Positions 10,908 to 19,253 of a DNA stretch of 37,884 nt are shown here, one piece after another. This DNA comes from a virus (Duplodnaviria > Heunggongvirae > Uroviricota > Caudoviricetes). Position 1 is the first letter of the stretch; every line of letters begins with the position of its first letter. The notes below the pieces were generated by a model. It was not told the origin of the DNA, did no database searches, and was given only the letters and a program-made list of their open reading frames with translations. Where the stretch lies: positions 1 through 37,884 of IMG/VR virus record IMGVR_UViG_2537562092_000002; one strand, given 5' to 3'. The translations under genes were made by a program, and so were the position numbers.

Positions 10908-11500
10908 TGAAACCTGTTTTTGATGAAAATGGGCTGGCGACAGTGCCGGGCGATATGCGTTGTTTTTATTATGATGCAGTAACGAATGAATATACTGGCT
11001 GGTCTGATGAATATATTAATACTGGCGTAAGTATGCCCGCCTGTTCCACTGGTATTGACCCGGGCGAATACATTCCGGGGAAAGTGGCAGTATTTACGGG
11101 TAAGGGATGGAGCCATGAAGAAGACCACCGCAATGAGACTGTTTACTCAATCGAAAATGGCGCAGCTGTTACAGTGGATTATATCGGTGCCATCAAAGAC
11201 GGTTATGTCACGCTTTCACCGTTAACGCCATACGATAAATGGGATGGTGAGAAATGGGTGACAGATACTGAGGCACAGCATAGTGCCGCAGTAGACGCAG
11301 CAGAAGCACAGCGCCAGTCGCTGATTGATGCTGCAATGGCTTCCATCAGTCTGATTCAACTGAAATTACAGGCCGGACGGAAGCTGACGCAGGCAGAAAC
11401 AACCCGACTTAACGCCGTGCTGGATTACATTGACGCGGTGACGGTAACAGATACCAGCACCGCGCCGGATGTCATCTGGCCTGAACTGCCGGAGGCGTAG
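10907..11500 (+). CDS. Alternative tail-fibre assembly chaperone (U'-like)
   Basis: Immediately follows Sv' with ATGA overlap; size and position match a Tfa/U-family chaperone inside the invertible segment. Confidence 0.55.
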   Translation: MKPVFDENGLATVPGDMRCFYYDAVTNEYTGWSDEYINTGVSMPACSTGIDPGEYIPGKVAVFTGKGWSHEEDHRNETVYSIENGAAVTVDYIGAIKDGYVTLSPLTPYDKWDGEKWVTDTEAQHSAAVDAAEAQRQSLIDAAMASISLIQLKLQAGRKLTQAETTRLNAVLDYIDAVTVTDTSTAPDVIWPELPEA

Positions 11501-11912
11501 GCCATTCAATATCTGGCGCACCGGAAGTATCGACCAGTTCCAGTGTGTCCAGATAATCCAGCCACAAATTATATTGCGCCAGTTCCTCACCTTTCAGGCG
11601 ACCAATCGCCGCTTTACCAGGCCATTGCTTACTGTTTATGTATTCGTTGACCTGATTAATCAATTGCTGCTTTTCCAGTTCGGCTGCGGCAATTTGTTCC
11701 TCATGAGTTGGCGGTGGAATATCAATCCATGCAGGCATTCCGTCGATGACGCCTCTGTATTTTCCTTCTGGTGCTTCCTTCATAAATTCGGCGGCAACAG
11801 TGTCGTCAATTTCGATTCCATCATCGGGCCATTCGCCGGATTCCTGATAAGCGATTTTAAGCTCCACAGGGAAAAACGCATTTTTATCGGCGCTGAAAAT
11901 ATATTTCTGCAT
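11472..11912 (-). CDS. Tail-fibre assembly chaperone (U-like), expressed orientation
   Basis: Follows the tail-fibre gene on the minus strand; its C-terminus overlaps the 3' end of the U' gene in convergent arrangement, as in the Mu G segment. Confidence 0.55.
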   Translation of the reverse strand: MQKYIFSADKNAFFPVELKIAYQESGEWPDDGIEIDDTVAAEFMKEAPEGKYRGVIDGMPAWIDIPPPTHEEQIAAAELEKQQLINQVNEYINSKQWPGKAAIGRLKGEELAQYNLWLDYLDTLELVDTSGAPDIEWPTPPAVQAR

Positions 11913-11914
11913 TT

Positions 11915-12628
11915 CTACCGTCCTATCGAAATATAACTGAATCTGTATTGCTGTGAGATATCACTGGTTGCCACATGCCACGCTGAATTACTGATATGTT
12001 CAAAATTTACAGACAAAACCTGCGGGGCAGGATTCGACGGGTCTGACTGAACGGCATCAGACATAACACTGACTGAAACCATCGGCTGATTAGGGAATGG
12101 TATAGGGAAGTGTCCACTGATAAAGCGGGTCGTGTTTCCTGAAAAAGTGCCAAACTGAACAATATATCCACCTGGTAGCCCGAACCATCCCGAACCAGAA
12201 GCGAATGCTCCCATATCCGGTATCTGATTATCTCCTGTGCCCACATCCCTTTTCGCCGCTTCTCCTAAACCAAGGTTTTCGAGAGCCGTTTTCACCGTGC
12301 CATCCGATTTGATATCGCCAAACGGATTCTTGCGGCTCAGGTATTCAACAGCAAACCCCGATCCCAGCAATTCAACAAAACCGGGCAGATCACCATTATC
12401 AAGCACATCCCGTTGCGTTTTATCACTTACAAACTGGGCCAGAGCTGCAGCAATAAAGCTGGCCTGCCGAATAACCTTATTGACTTGCGCACTGGATGCT
12501 TTCCCTGCTGTAAATCCGGATATAAGCGCAGGCAACGCTTCCCATTCCTCCTGCGACATAACATTGGCATTTCGATCAGTTGCAAACGCTTTAAAGTCAT
12601 TTTTCGCCATCAGAGTAATACTCCCCAT
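11915..12628 (-). CDS. Tail fibre (S-like): constant N-terminal part plus variable C-terminal part inside the invertible segment
   Basis: The gix site at 12260..12285 lies in-frame (..[13 protein letters not shown]..), so the C-terminal ~115 aa are exchangeable on inversion; follows a gp48-like gene. Confidence 0.6.
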   Translation of the reverse strand: MGSITLMAKNDFKAFATDRNANVMSQEEWEALPALISGFTAGKASSAQVNKVIRQASFIAAALAQFVSDKTQRDVLDNGDLPGFVELLGSGFAVEYLSRKNPFGDIKSDGTVKTALENLGLGEAAKRDVGTGDNQIPDMGAFASGSGWFGLPGGYIVQFGTFSGNTTRFISGHFPIPFPNQPMVSVSVMSDAVQSDPSNPAPQVLSVNFEHISNSAWHVATSDISQQYRFSYISIGR

Positions 12629-13290
12629 GCCCCTACATCAAAACCACTGATGAATTCGTTATCCATATCAAAACCAAAAAATTTAGAGCCTTCCGATGGA
12701 GTTTCCACCGAAGGTGTTTCAATGCCCCCCGCCCATACCCCGGCGGCTTTTACTGTTAGATACCCCTGTTTAATTGCCGCAATTAACTCACGCGATACAT
12801 CTGAAATATCAGTATCAGGAAAGACCCAGACCGATATCGTCATGTCCTGGTTATCGACTATCTGCATTCGCAGCCCGGATCCTGCTGTTGCCGCGTCAAG
12901 AATTGCCGGAAGCGAATCATTCCGTCCGTCCCAGTTATTAATCGCAATCTTCGCTTTAAGAATGACACGATAAGTTTCATCGCTGAGATACATGTATCCT
13001 GAATCAGGATCGTATGGTCCCTGCCATACCCCCTGATCATATCCAAGCCCGTCGGTATCCCAGCTGAAATAGACACCTGAGATAGGCTGGCTGACAACAC
13101 GGCTACGTCCGATCCACAATCCAAGAATGTCAAGTTGCACACCAACCGCAGAGTCAATATCAAATGCAGTAATCAGCCCTCTGGTGGCAGCCGCAACATC
13201 AATAAGTGGCCGGGTCATCAGATCAACATGCGCAAGAAATTTAGGTTTGGTGGCGTGGTAGTTCGTGATTAGTTCGGTGTATTTGCTCAT
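12610..13290 (-). CDS. Phage tail/baseplate protein (Mu gp48 / P2 gpI-like)
   Basis: Position between the baseplate J-like gene and the tail fibre; 226 aa. Confidence 0.5.
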   Translation of the reverse strand: MSKYTELITNYHATKPKFLAHVDLMTRPLIDVAAATRGLITAFDIDSAVGVQLDILGLWIGRSRVVSQPISGVYFSWDTDGLGYDQGVWQGPYDPDSGYMYLSDETYRVILKAKIAINNWDGRNDSLPAILDAATAGSGLRMQIVDNQDMTISVWVFPDTDISDVSRELIAAIKQGYLTVKAAGVWAGGIETPSVETPSEGSKFFGFDMDNEFISGFDVGAWGVLL

Positions 13291-14486
13291 GACTCCACCG
13301 TTATAACGATATTTTCCGGGGTACAGGACGTAGATTCGTTGTATCTGATATCAATGTTTGATGACGACAAAGCCCCCGGGGATTTCCCAATCGTCAGTTC
13401 CTGAATATCGTAATAGCGTGCATTCCCGCCACTCACCACGCCAAGATTCGCCGGTGAGTAAATGCGACTTAAAAGGACCGAATCACCAATCATCAGACTA
13501 TTGATATAGTCGGAAATAGCCTGCTGGATCTGCTGCCCTATCTGTGAGGTATAACCCGTAAAAACTTTTAATTTAATCCGGGCGTAAACAGGCACATCAC
13601 TGGAACGCGAGAATTTGATTACATGGGGATTGCCGTATTTATCCGGAACCGTAACGGATGTTGTACCGTGAGTGGCTGTCCCCTGGCCTTTATTTCCTCT
13701 GATAGCCTGAGCAATATCCGTCACATCACCGCCATCCACAATTACAGCAACAGAGTGTGGCGGTAACCCGTTACCGTCCTCCGAACCAGTATCGTTTTCA
13801 TAGAGTTTGTGGCGGGTTACACCGGTAACATTAGAAACAGCACCATCCAGTGCTTCAAATGGGGTTATTGATGGCAACGCAACACTTTGCGACTGGCGGA
13901 TACGTAACTCCGCATCAGTTTCTGCTGGAGTGCCTACAGTAGCTGCAGCAGGATTGGTTACCGAAACCCAGCCACGGGTTGGCGTATTAATTTCAGTGAT
14001 AGTTCCAGCCAGCGCCGCCACTGCACCACTGACAGAACATTTTGCGGTCACCATCACTGTACCATCCACGCCGACCACCACTGAAGCAGGCAAACGCCAT
14101 ATCACATTATTACTGTCTTTCACGCTGCCATTAATGATGGTTGTTCCGGCAGTTCCTGTAAGAAGCAAATCAACCGTAGAATTCGTCGCGCCTTTACGTG
14201 AAATACCATTTATTTTCACGTTACTGGTCAGTGCAGCCCCATAGCCGGTTGCCGGTGAAAAACAGTTGTAGACAGTTATCGCCATATTATTGGCATCATG
14301 AATCGCCAGCGCCATCAGAGCCACCATCTGGCCGTCTTTGCTGTCCGGTTCGAGGTAGGCATCACTGCCATAAATCTGCTGAAAATAGCTAATCAGGGTG
14401 CTGAGTATCGTCTGATAATCAGGCGCACTGATCCCCTCCGCGGTTACCTTTGCAGATAAACCGAGAGAATCAAGGTTCAGAGCCAT
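13287..14486 (-). CDS. Baseplate J-like protein (Mu gp47 / P2 gpJ family)
   Basis: 399-aa ORF in conserved baseplate gene order, overlapping neighbours by 4 nt. Confidence 0.55.
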   Translation of the reverse strand: MALNLDSLGLSAKVTAEGISAPDYQTILSTLISYFQQIYGSDAYLEPDSKDGQMVALMALAIHDANNMAITVYNCFSPATGYGAALTSNVKINGISRKGATNSTVDLLLTGTAGTTIINGSVKDSNNVIWRLPASVVVGVDGTVMVTAKCSVSGAVAALAGTITEINTPTRGWVSVTNPAAATVGTPAETDAELRIRQSQSVALPSITPFEALDGAVSNVTGVTRHKLYENDTGSEDGNGLPPHSVAVIVDGGDVTDIAQAIRGNKGQGTATHGTTSVTVPDKYGNPHVIKFSRSSDVPVYARIKLKVFTGYTSQIGQQIQQAISDYINSLMIGDSVLLSRIYSPANLGVVSGGNARYYDIQELTIGKSPGALSSSNIDIRYNESTSCTPENIVITVES

Positions 14487-14839
14487 TACGCCTCCGATGT
14501 AACAGTCGTTATTCCATAGAGAGTGTCGATTTCAGCGGAAAACATGACACGTCGGGTCGTGGTATCCACCGTCGTATTGAAAGAGAGGATTGATTTAACG
14601 CCCTGCGTTTCCAGAATGCGTTTTCTGATCGCTAGGTTGTAAGTTTCCGGTTTTTGCCTGCCCAGCACAGACTGGAACCACGGAGTCCCTTCGGTAGTGT
14701 CGAGAAACCATTGCCCATACCACAATTCGAATCGCGTTTTCACAGCCTGTGCCACGGCCTCAGGCGAGTTAATCAGCCAGGTGTCATCACCGCTGCCAAA
14801 GGTGTAATCGCCATCGGCGTCTTCACGTCTGTATCGCAT
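14486..14839 (-). CDS. Baseplate wedge protein (Mu gp46 / P2 gpW / T4 gp25-like)
   Basis: 117-aa ORF translationally coupled between the spike and J-like genes. Confidence 0.5.
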   Translation of the reverse strand: MRYRREDADGDYTFGSGDDTWLINSPEAVAQAVKTRFELWYGQWFLDTTEGTPWFQSVLGRQKPETYNLAIRKRILETQGVKSILSFNTTVDTTTRRVMFSAEIDTLYGITTVTSEA

Positions 14840-15591
14840 CAGTTTACCCCGTCGGTACTGCTTCCACCGCGCTGAACACCGCCATGAGTGTGCGTATCAT
14901 CGATTGGCTTGCCGTTAGCCTTAACGCTCCCCAAGAACTCAACAGCACCAGTGATTTTTGAAGCCACGCCAGAAACAACAGACCCCACCATGCCTCCCAT
15001 CCAGGTTAACAGGCCATGAATGGTTACTTTCTCAGAAAAATCAGCCAGAGGGGCAACCACATCAAGGCCCCCCGGAGCGACAATTTTAATTTTCCTGGTA
15101 TCAGGATTAAGCTCAAAATAGGTGCTGCCGTCATCACTACGCAACTGTGTGGCACTGGTATTAATACCGCTAATCTTCCTTGCCTGCGACTGGGGACCGA
15201 CAATACAAAACGCATCCGATAAATCATGCATTCTGTCATCGACCGGCTCCTGTATCCCGCCACTCTGCCACCAGAAATCAATACAACGATCGGCAAAAAT
15301 CACCAAACATTCATCACCGGCTTTAACTGGAAACGTTAGCGTACAGCCTCCGCCACGCGGGAATACCACTGGCACATCCACCAGCAATGGGTAATTTTTG
15401 GTAATGCGGTTGCCGTCGTTATCAATTTCAACGTAACGGATAGCAGGCTGTACAACCGCCGTCACCGCATCAGGAGCGAATGACTGAACAATGCCAGGCA
15501 AGGCGACACGGATCTGGTTCTTTGTTGTTTCCCGTTCAGATTTAAATGTTTCGGCAAGGTCGCCGCTGCGGGTCTGGTCAGATACTGCCAT
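14839..15591 (-). CDS. Baseplate spike/assembly protein (Mu gp45 / P2 gpV-like)
   Basis: 250-aa ORF at the gpV position upstream of gp46/gp47-like genes. Confidence 0.5.
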   Translation of the reverse strand: MAVSDQTRSGDLAETFKSERETTKNQIRVALPGIVQSFAPDAVTAVVQPAIRYVEIDNDGNRITKNYPLLVDVPVVFPRGGGCTLTFPVKAGDECLVIFADRCIDFWWQSGGIQEPVDDRMHDLSDAFCIVGPQSQARKISGINTSATQLRSDDGSTYFELNPDTRKIKIVAPGGLDVVAPLADFSEKVTIHGLLTWMGGMVGSVVSGVASKITGAVEFLGSVKANGKPIDDTHTHGGVQRGGSSTDGVN

Positions 15592-15610
15592 TTAGTAGGC
15601 TCCAGAAAGC

Positions 15611-15636
15611 AAAAAACCCGCCAAGTGGCGGGTTTG
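15611..15636 (-). terminator. Rho-independent terminator (bidirectional-looking) after the inserted cassette
   Basis: aaaaaacccgccaagtggcgggttt: 6-bp GC stem cccgcc/ggcggg with 4-nt loop, flanked by A6 and T3, between the 142-aa gene stop and the spike gene start. Confidence 0.7.
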
Positions 15637-15655
15637 AATTTTGAGAAATTTCAGC

Positions 15656-16084
15656 TTATGCAGTTAACGAGTCATCACCAATCTTCAGTAATTGATTAAC
15701 GATTGCATCGACCTCTTCCGCATCCAGAATTACACTTCTCGCGGTAATCCGGTTGATTTTCCGCTCAAGCTTGTAATCAGAATTAACACGTTGGGCATGC
15801 GTCATTTTCAGTTTAACGCCGATTTTCTTTACTGCGTTAACATCAACATCGTTAAGTGCAGCTGCCTCACCACTACAAAAGGCCGTATAGACTCGCATGT
15901 GAACTCCACCTTTTAGTTTTTCACCATCTTGTGTAGCGGTCGGTACCAGATTGTTGGTGATCCGTAAGGCGGAATGGTACATACCATAGTATGCTCGGCT
16001 AATAGCATTTCTCGTCCACATCTCACCGTTTAGAGCCAGGGAATGCTTAGCCAATTCAAGAAAACAGGTATGCTCAACCGACAT
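15656..16084 (-). CDS. Hypothetical protein, 142 aa; possibly HEPN-like; downstream gene of a two-gene cassette
   Basis: ATGA start/stop overlap with the upstream 243-aa gene; N-terminal ...RNAISRAYYGMYHSAL... resembles HEPN-type helices (R-x6-H); followed by a terminator. Confidence 0.45.
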   Translation of the reverse strand: MSVEHTCFLELAKHSLALNGEMWTRNAISRAYYGMYHSALRITNNLVPTATQDGEKLKGGVHMRVYTAFCSGEAAALNDVDVNAVKKIGVKLKMTHAQRVNSDYKLERKINRITARSVILDAEEVDAIVNQLLKIGDDSLTA

Positions 16085-16815
16085 TAGAGTTCCCCGGCTT
16101 CAAAGCATCCGACGCATTCTGAATCCGCAAGCCCCGCAATAATAATCTCATCAGCCAAGGCATTATTCATCTGCGAAAGAAGCACTGGATCGTCTGTTTT
16201 GACTTCAACGAACAGCGTATCAAGTTCTGACATTACATAAAAAACATGAGCGCCAGCAAGACGAGCGCGGTACTTTTCTGCAACGTTCATCATGAGCCGC
16301 CCAATAGTTTTTAGCTCCTGAGCATGATCTTTTTGGGTATGCAGATAATTGAGCGTGTCATACCATTTGCCCATATCTTCAGGGCGCGGTACTTCCATTG
16401 CAGTTAGCATCGGCATCACCTTTTCAAGCAAATCGATATCAACCCAGTATGCAGAAATTGTAGCAACCTCAGCCAATATCGTTGGATTAAGTGAATCAGA
16501 TGCTTTCTGAATCATCACATACTGGCGAGCATGCAAACCTAAGTTACGCAGCGCAATCGTATAGTTACAAAAAGAAACTGGATCGTTAGGCGCTATTCTC
16601 AACCCCCGCTCACAGAGTGAACATCCTTCATCTATTTCACCAAGAACAAGCTTAGCTAAGCCTTCAATTGATAGCCCCTGATAACGTTCAGGTAGTTTCT
16701 TCGCTTCACGAATGATTCGATGGATTTCAAACTCACTCAGAAGGTTTTCACCCTTAGTTAATGAAGGAGTCAGAAGATCTAACAGTTCTCCTGATTTTGG
16801 CTGCGCTAAACTCAT
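16084..16815 (-). CDS. Hypothetical protein, 243 aa; upstream gene of the two-gene cassette
   Basis: ORF preceded by a ~150-bp non-coding gap inside an otherwise tightly packed tail operon; no recognised motif. Confidence 0.45.
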   Translation of the reverse strand: MSLAQPKSGELLDLLTPSLTKGENLLSEFEIHRIIREAKKLPERYQGLSIEGLAKLVLGEIDEGCSLCERGLRIAPNDPVSFCNYTIALRNLGLHARQYVMIQKASDSLNPTILAEVATISAYWVDIDLLEKVMPMLTAMEVPRPEDMGKWYDTLNYLHTQKDHAQELKTIGRLMMNVAEKYRARLAGAHVFYVMSELDTLFVEVKTDDPVLLSQMNNALADEIIIAGLADSECVGCFEAGEL

Positions 16816-16964
16816 GTTTTAGTTATTCCTGGCTTTAATGAAGTAGCATATCGATGGCAATCCACCATCAAAAAGTCAGTGCAGTGTAATCGCTCGTCTC
16901 AAAAAACAACAGTTTTTAGAGCACATTTTGTTGTTTTTCAGGCGTTACGAATTTCAGGTTACCT

Positions 16965-17297
16965 TCACCCAGCCACTTTTTTACAAGGGAAAGATCCTAT
17001 GATTTTCGGCGCATCCATGCTGTTCTGCAGAAGCTGGACATTCAGGAAAGCTTTTCCGTTACGTTTCACAAACTCAAAGCCGTAATTGTTACCATCACGG
17101 GAAGGCATCAGGCCCATGTCCATTTTTATGTTTGAATAGTCACCATCTTTTCCCAGAAATTTTATCTTCTGTGATGTGACAGTTTCACCGTTAATAACAG
17201 TCATTCCGTCACCGGTCATCGTGTAGTTGCCGCACTGAATTGCAGCCATCGCCGGAGCAGTAACCATCATAACTAACGCCAAACATAACCGTTTCAT
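16965..17297 (-). CDS. Small secreted (signal-peptide) protein, ~110 aa
   Basis: Start MKRLCLALVMMVTAPAMAA is a typical Sec signal peptide; TAATG overlap with the stop of the baseplate-hub gene. Confidence 0.5.
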   Translation of the reverse strand: MKRLCLALVMMVTAPAMAAIQCGNYTMTGDGMTVINGETVTSQKIKFLGKDGDYSNIKMDMGLMPSRDGNNYGFEFVKRNGKAFLNVQLLQNSMDAPKIIGSFPCKKVAG

Positions 17298-18361
17298 TAA
17301 AGCCCTCTTTCCCTCGCTGATGAGGAAACAAGATCCGCCGCGCCACGCGCTTCGCACATCATATCCATGTACCACGCCTGGCCCCTTGTATCGCCAGTGT
17401 ACATAATCCCGCGCACAATATAAACGCCATCCGTTGCGATGCTGGCAGGTTGTGCTGTGGTGCCGCTGAGTGTGATATTTCCGTCCGTGTTCTGGTCGGT
17501 GCTCTGCCCACCAGCCATCGCAATATCATTGTTCGACAGCGCGGTGCGGTACACGGAAGCCTGATCCAGCTGAATAAGCCCGTTAACCCGGATGTTCGGA
17601 TTAATAAGCGCGCGGACGTTTACGCCGTTACCGATAGTCTGCTGCGGCATGCCAATAAGCCCGGTAGCGCTGTTGAGCACAATCGCTTCATGAACATATT
17701 CGTTATTCGCCACCATCTGGCGCTGACCGTCCACGAATTGCCATGTTGCGCCACATTGCCCGGCTACGTTATCCATTAGATGCCGCGTCATGCCAAAGAG
17801 TACCCGCCCCCGGGGGAATACAGTAGCAGGCATTTCAGGCGTCAGGCCTTCGGTCGCGCCTTTGGCCTCAAAGTCTTTCATCAGCGCACGGTTTACATCA
17901 GCGACCGTGTAACCGGCAGCCAGCGTCTGTGAGGTTATACTGGTGGCAAAAGCCAGATCAGTATCGGCTGCCTGAATCAGGACGTAGGAATCAACCGGGC
18001 TGTCTTTTCCTGTGACCGAGTAGCGAATTTCACCGCTGAAAATCAGTCCGTAGTTGCGGCCATCACTCTGGCCCACGTCCGCCGCATCAACCTCCCGCAC
18101 GGTCCCGACATCGCTTGCCGACACCTCCGGCGCGATACCGTCGTAACCCGCAATCAGACGCACTTTCGAAAACTCCTGCCCGGTAATTCGGTTCACAGTA
18201 TCTGCCGAGAGGTTATAAATTTTGATAGTCCCTACCCGGGACGCGCTGCTGATGTTGAACCAGTCGATCGTAAAGGTGACTTTGAAATCACTTAGCTCAA
18301 TTCCCTGACCGTTCCCGTCCACAAGCTGCAGCTCGAAATGTCTCATCCAGTTCTGTGTCAT
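17297..18361 (-). CDS. Baseplate hub / tail protein (Mu gp44 / P2 gpD-like)
   Basis: 354-aa ORF at the conserved position between the tape-measure-proximal genes and the baseplate spike. Confidence 0.5.
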   Translation of the reverse strand: MTQNWMRHFELQLVDGNGQGIELSDFKVTFTIDWFNISSASRVGTIKIYNLSADTVNRITGQEFSKVRLIAGYDGIAPEVSASDVGTVREVDAADVGQSDGRNYGLIFSGEIRYSVTGKDSPVDSYVLIQAADTDLAFATSITSQTLAAGYTVADVNRALMKDFEAKGATEGLTPEMPATVFPRGRVLFGMTRHLMDNVAGQCGATWQFVDGQRQMVANNEYVHEAIVLNSATGLIGMPQQTIGNGVNVRALINPNIRVNGLIQLDQASVYRTALSNNDIAMAGGQSTDQNTDGNITLSGTTAQPASIATDGVYIVRGIMYTGDTRGQAWYMDMMCEARGAADLVSSSARERGL

Positions 18362-18363
18362 GC

Positions 18364-18666
18364 TTACTCCGTTGATACCAGTAAATGACTGCGCCCGCCC
18401 AGGTCAGTTTTCGTGGGATAATCCTGTGTGTTGTCATCGCAGACCACCAACAGCTTAAAACCAAGTCCCATACAGGCGTACTGCGCCAGCAGGTCGGCAC
18501 CAGTGACGAGAGGAATACCGGAGATTACCGGCTCCCCTCTGTCGTTCTGCAGGTCCATAATCCAGTACAGATCGCGCCATATGATGCTAATCCGCCAGGT
18601 AACACCACCTAAGACGATGCTGAACTGCTGGTTGTCCGCTGTCAGCGGAATTTCCTGAATTGTCAT
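18364..18666 (-). CDS. Phage tail protein, 100 aa
   Basis: Tightly coupled ORF in the tail operon. Confidence 0.35.
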   Translation of the reverse strand: MTIQEIPLTADNQQFSIVLGGVTWRISIIWRDLYWIMDLQNDRGEPVISGIPLVTGADLLAQYACMGLGFKLLVVCDDNTQDYPTKTDLGGRSHLLVSTE

Positions 18667-19253
18667 TAGCCGCCCCCCAGTAATGACGCCACGTTACCCG
18701 TGATGCTTTTCAGCAGTGAAGTATCTGGAGGCTTTGTGGTTTTGTTGCCGCTATTCTGTACCGCCGACGTGCTGGCCCCTTCCTTCATGTTGGTTTTATC
18801 CGCGACGGTAATCTGCTGTGTCCGGGAGATAAGGACCTCCCTCAGGGTGAGGACGGCAGACAGGACGTTTTCGGTTGTCTTGTCCGTCGTCACTTCCAGC
18901 GCCCGGATCAACATGTTGCTGTACAGTCGTTTACCGGTTACCACATCGAAGGGGATACGGCTTTCCTGCAGATCCAGTAGCTCCTGATACGTCTGCTGAG
19001 GACTCAGGCCGAGCAGGCTGGTAGCCGTCAGATTACTGGCAAAATCCAGCAATGCGCCGCCACCGGCGAAACCAACCTCCATCACCACTTCTGACGGTTT
19101 TTTATAGGCATGATCAGCGACAGCGGCCCCAACCTCTACCGGATGCTCTGTTATTTCAAGCATATCTGTATGCTTCTCTGAAATAACAACACTGGGAACA
19201 ATCATTCCTATTTTTCTGCTCTGCTGATGAAAAAGTGTAGAGAGAATATCCAC
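18666..19253 (-). CDS. Phage tail/baseplate assembly protein, 195 aa
   Basis: Tightly coupled ORF directly downstream of the tape measure gene. Confidence 0.35.
   Translation of the reverse strand: MDILSTLFHQQSRKIGMIVPSVVISEKHTDMLEITEHPVEVGAAVADHAYKKPSEVVMEVGFAGGGALLDFASNLTATSLLGLSPQQTYQELLDLQESRIPFDVVTGKRLYSNMLIRALEVTTDKTTENVLSAVLTLREVLISRTQQITVADKTNMKEGASTSAVQNSGNKTTKPPDTSLLKSITGNVASLLGGG

Larger units (their letters stand above)
10438..12285. other. G-segment-like invertible DNA (~1.85 kb) carrying alternative tail-fibre C-termini and assembly chaperones
   Basis: Bounded by inverted gix-like sites; contains convergent Sv/U (-) and Sv'/U' (+) gene pairs; the invertase gene lies just outside. 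Confidence 0.65.

Noticed and set aside
12237-12973. Plus-strand ORFs (137 and 186 aa) overlapping the tail-fibre and gp48-like genes
   Set aside because: They are antisense to tightly coupled tail genes; the minus-strand frames have the phage-like motifs and gene order.
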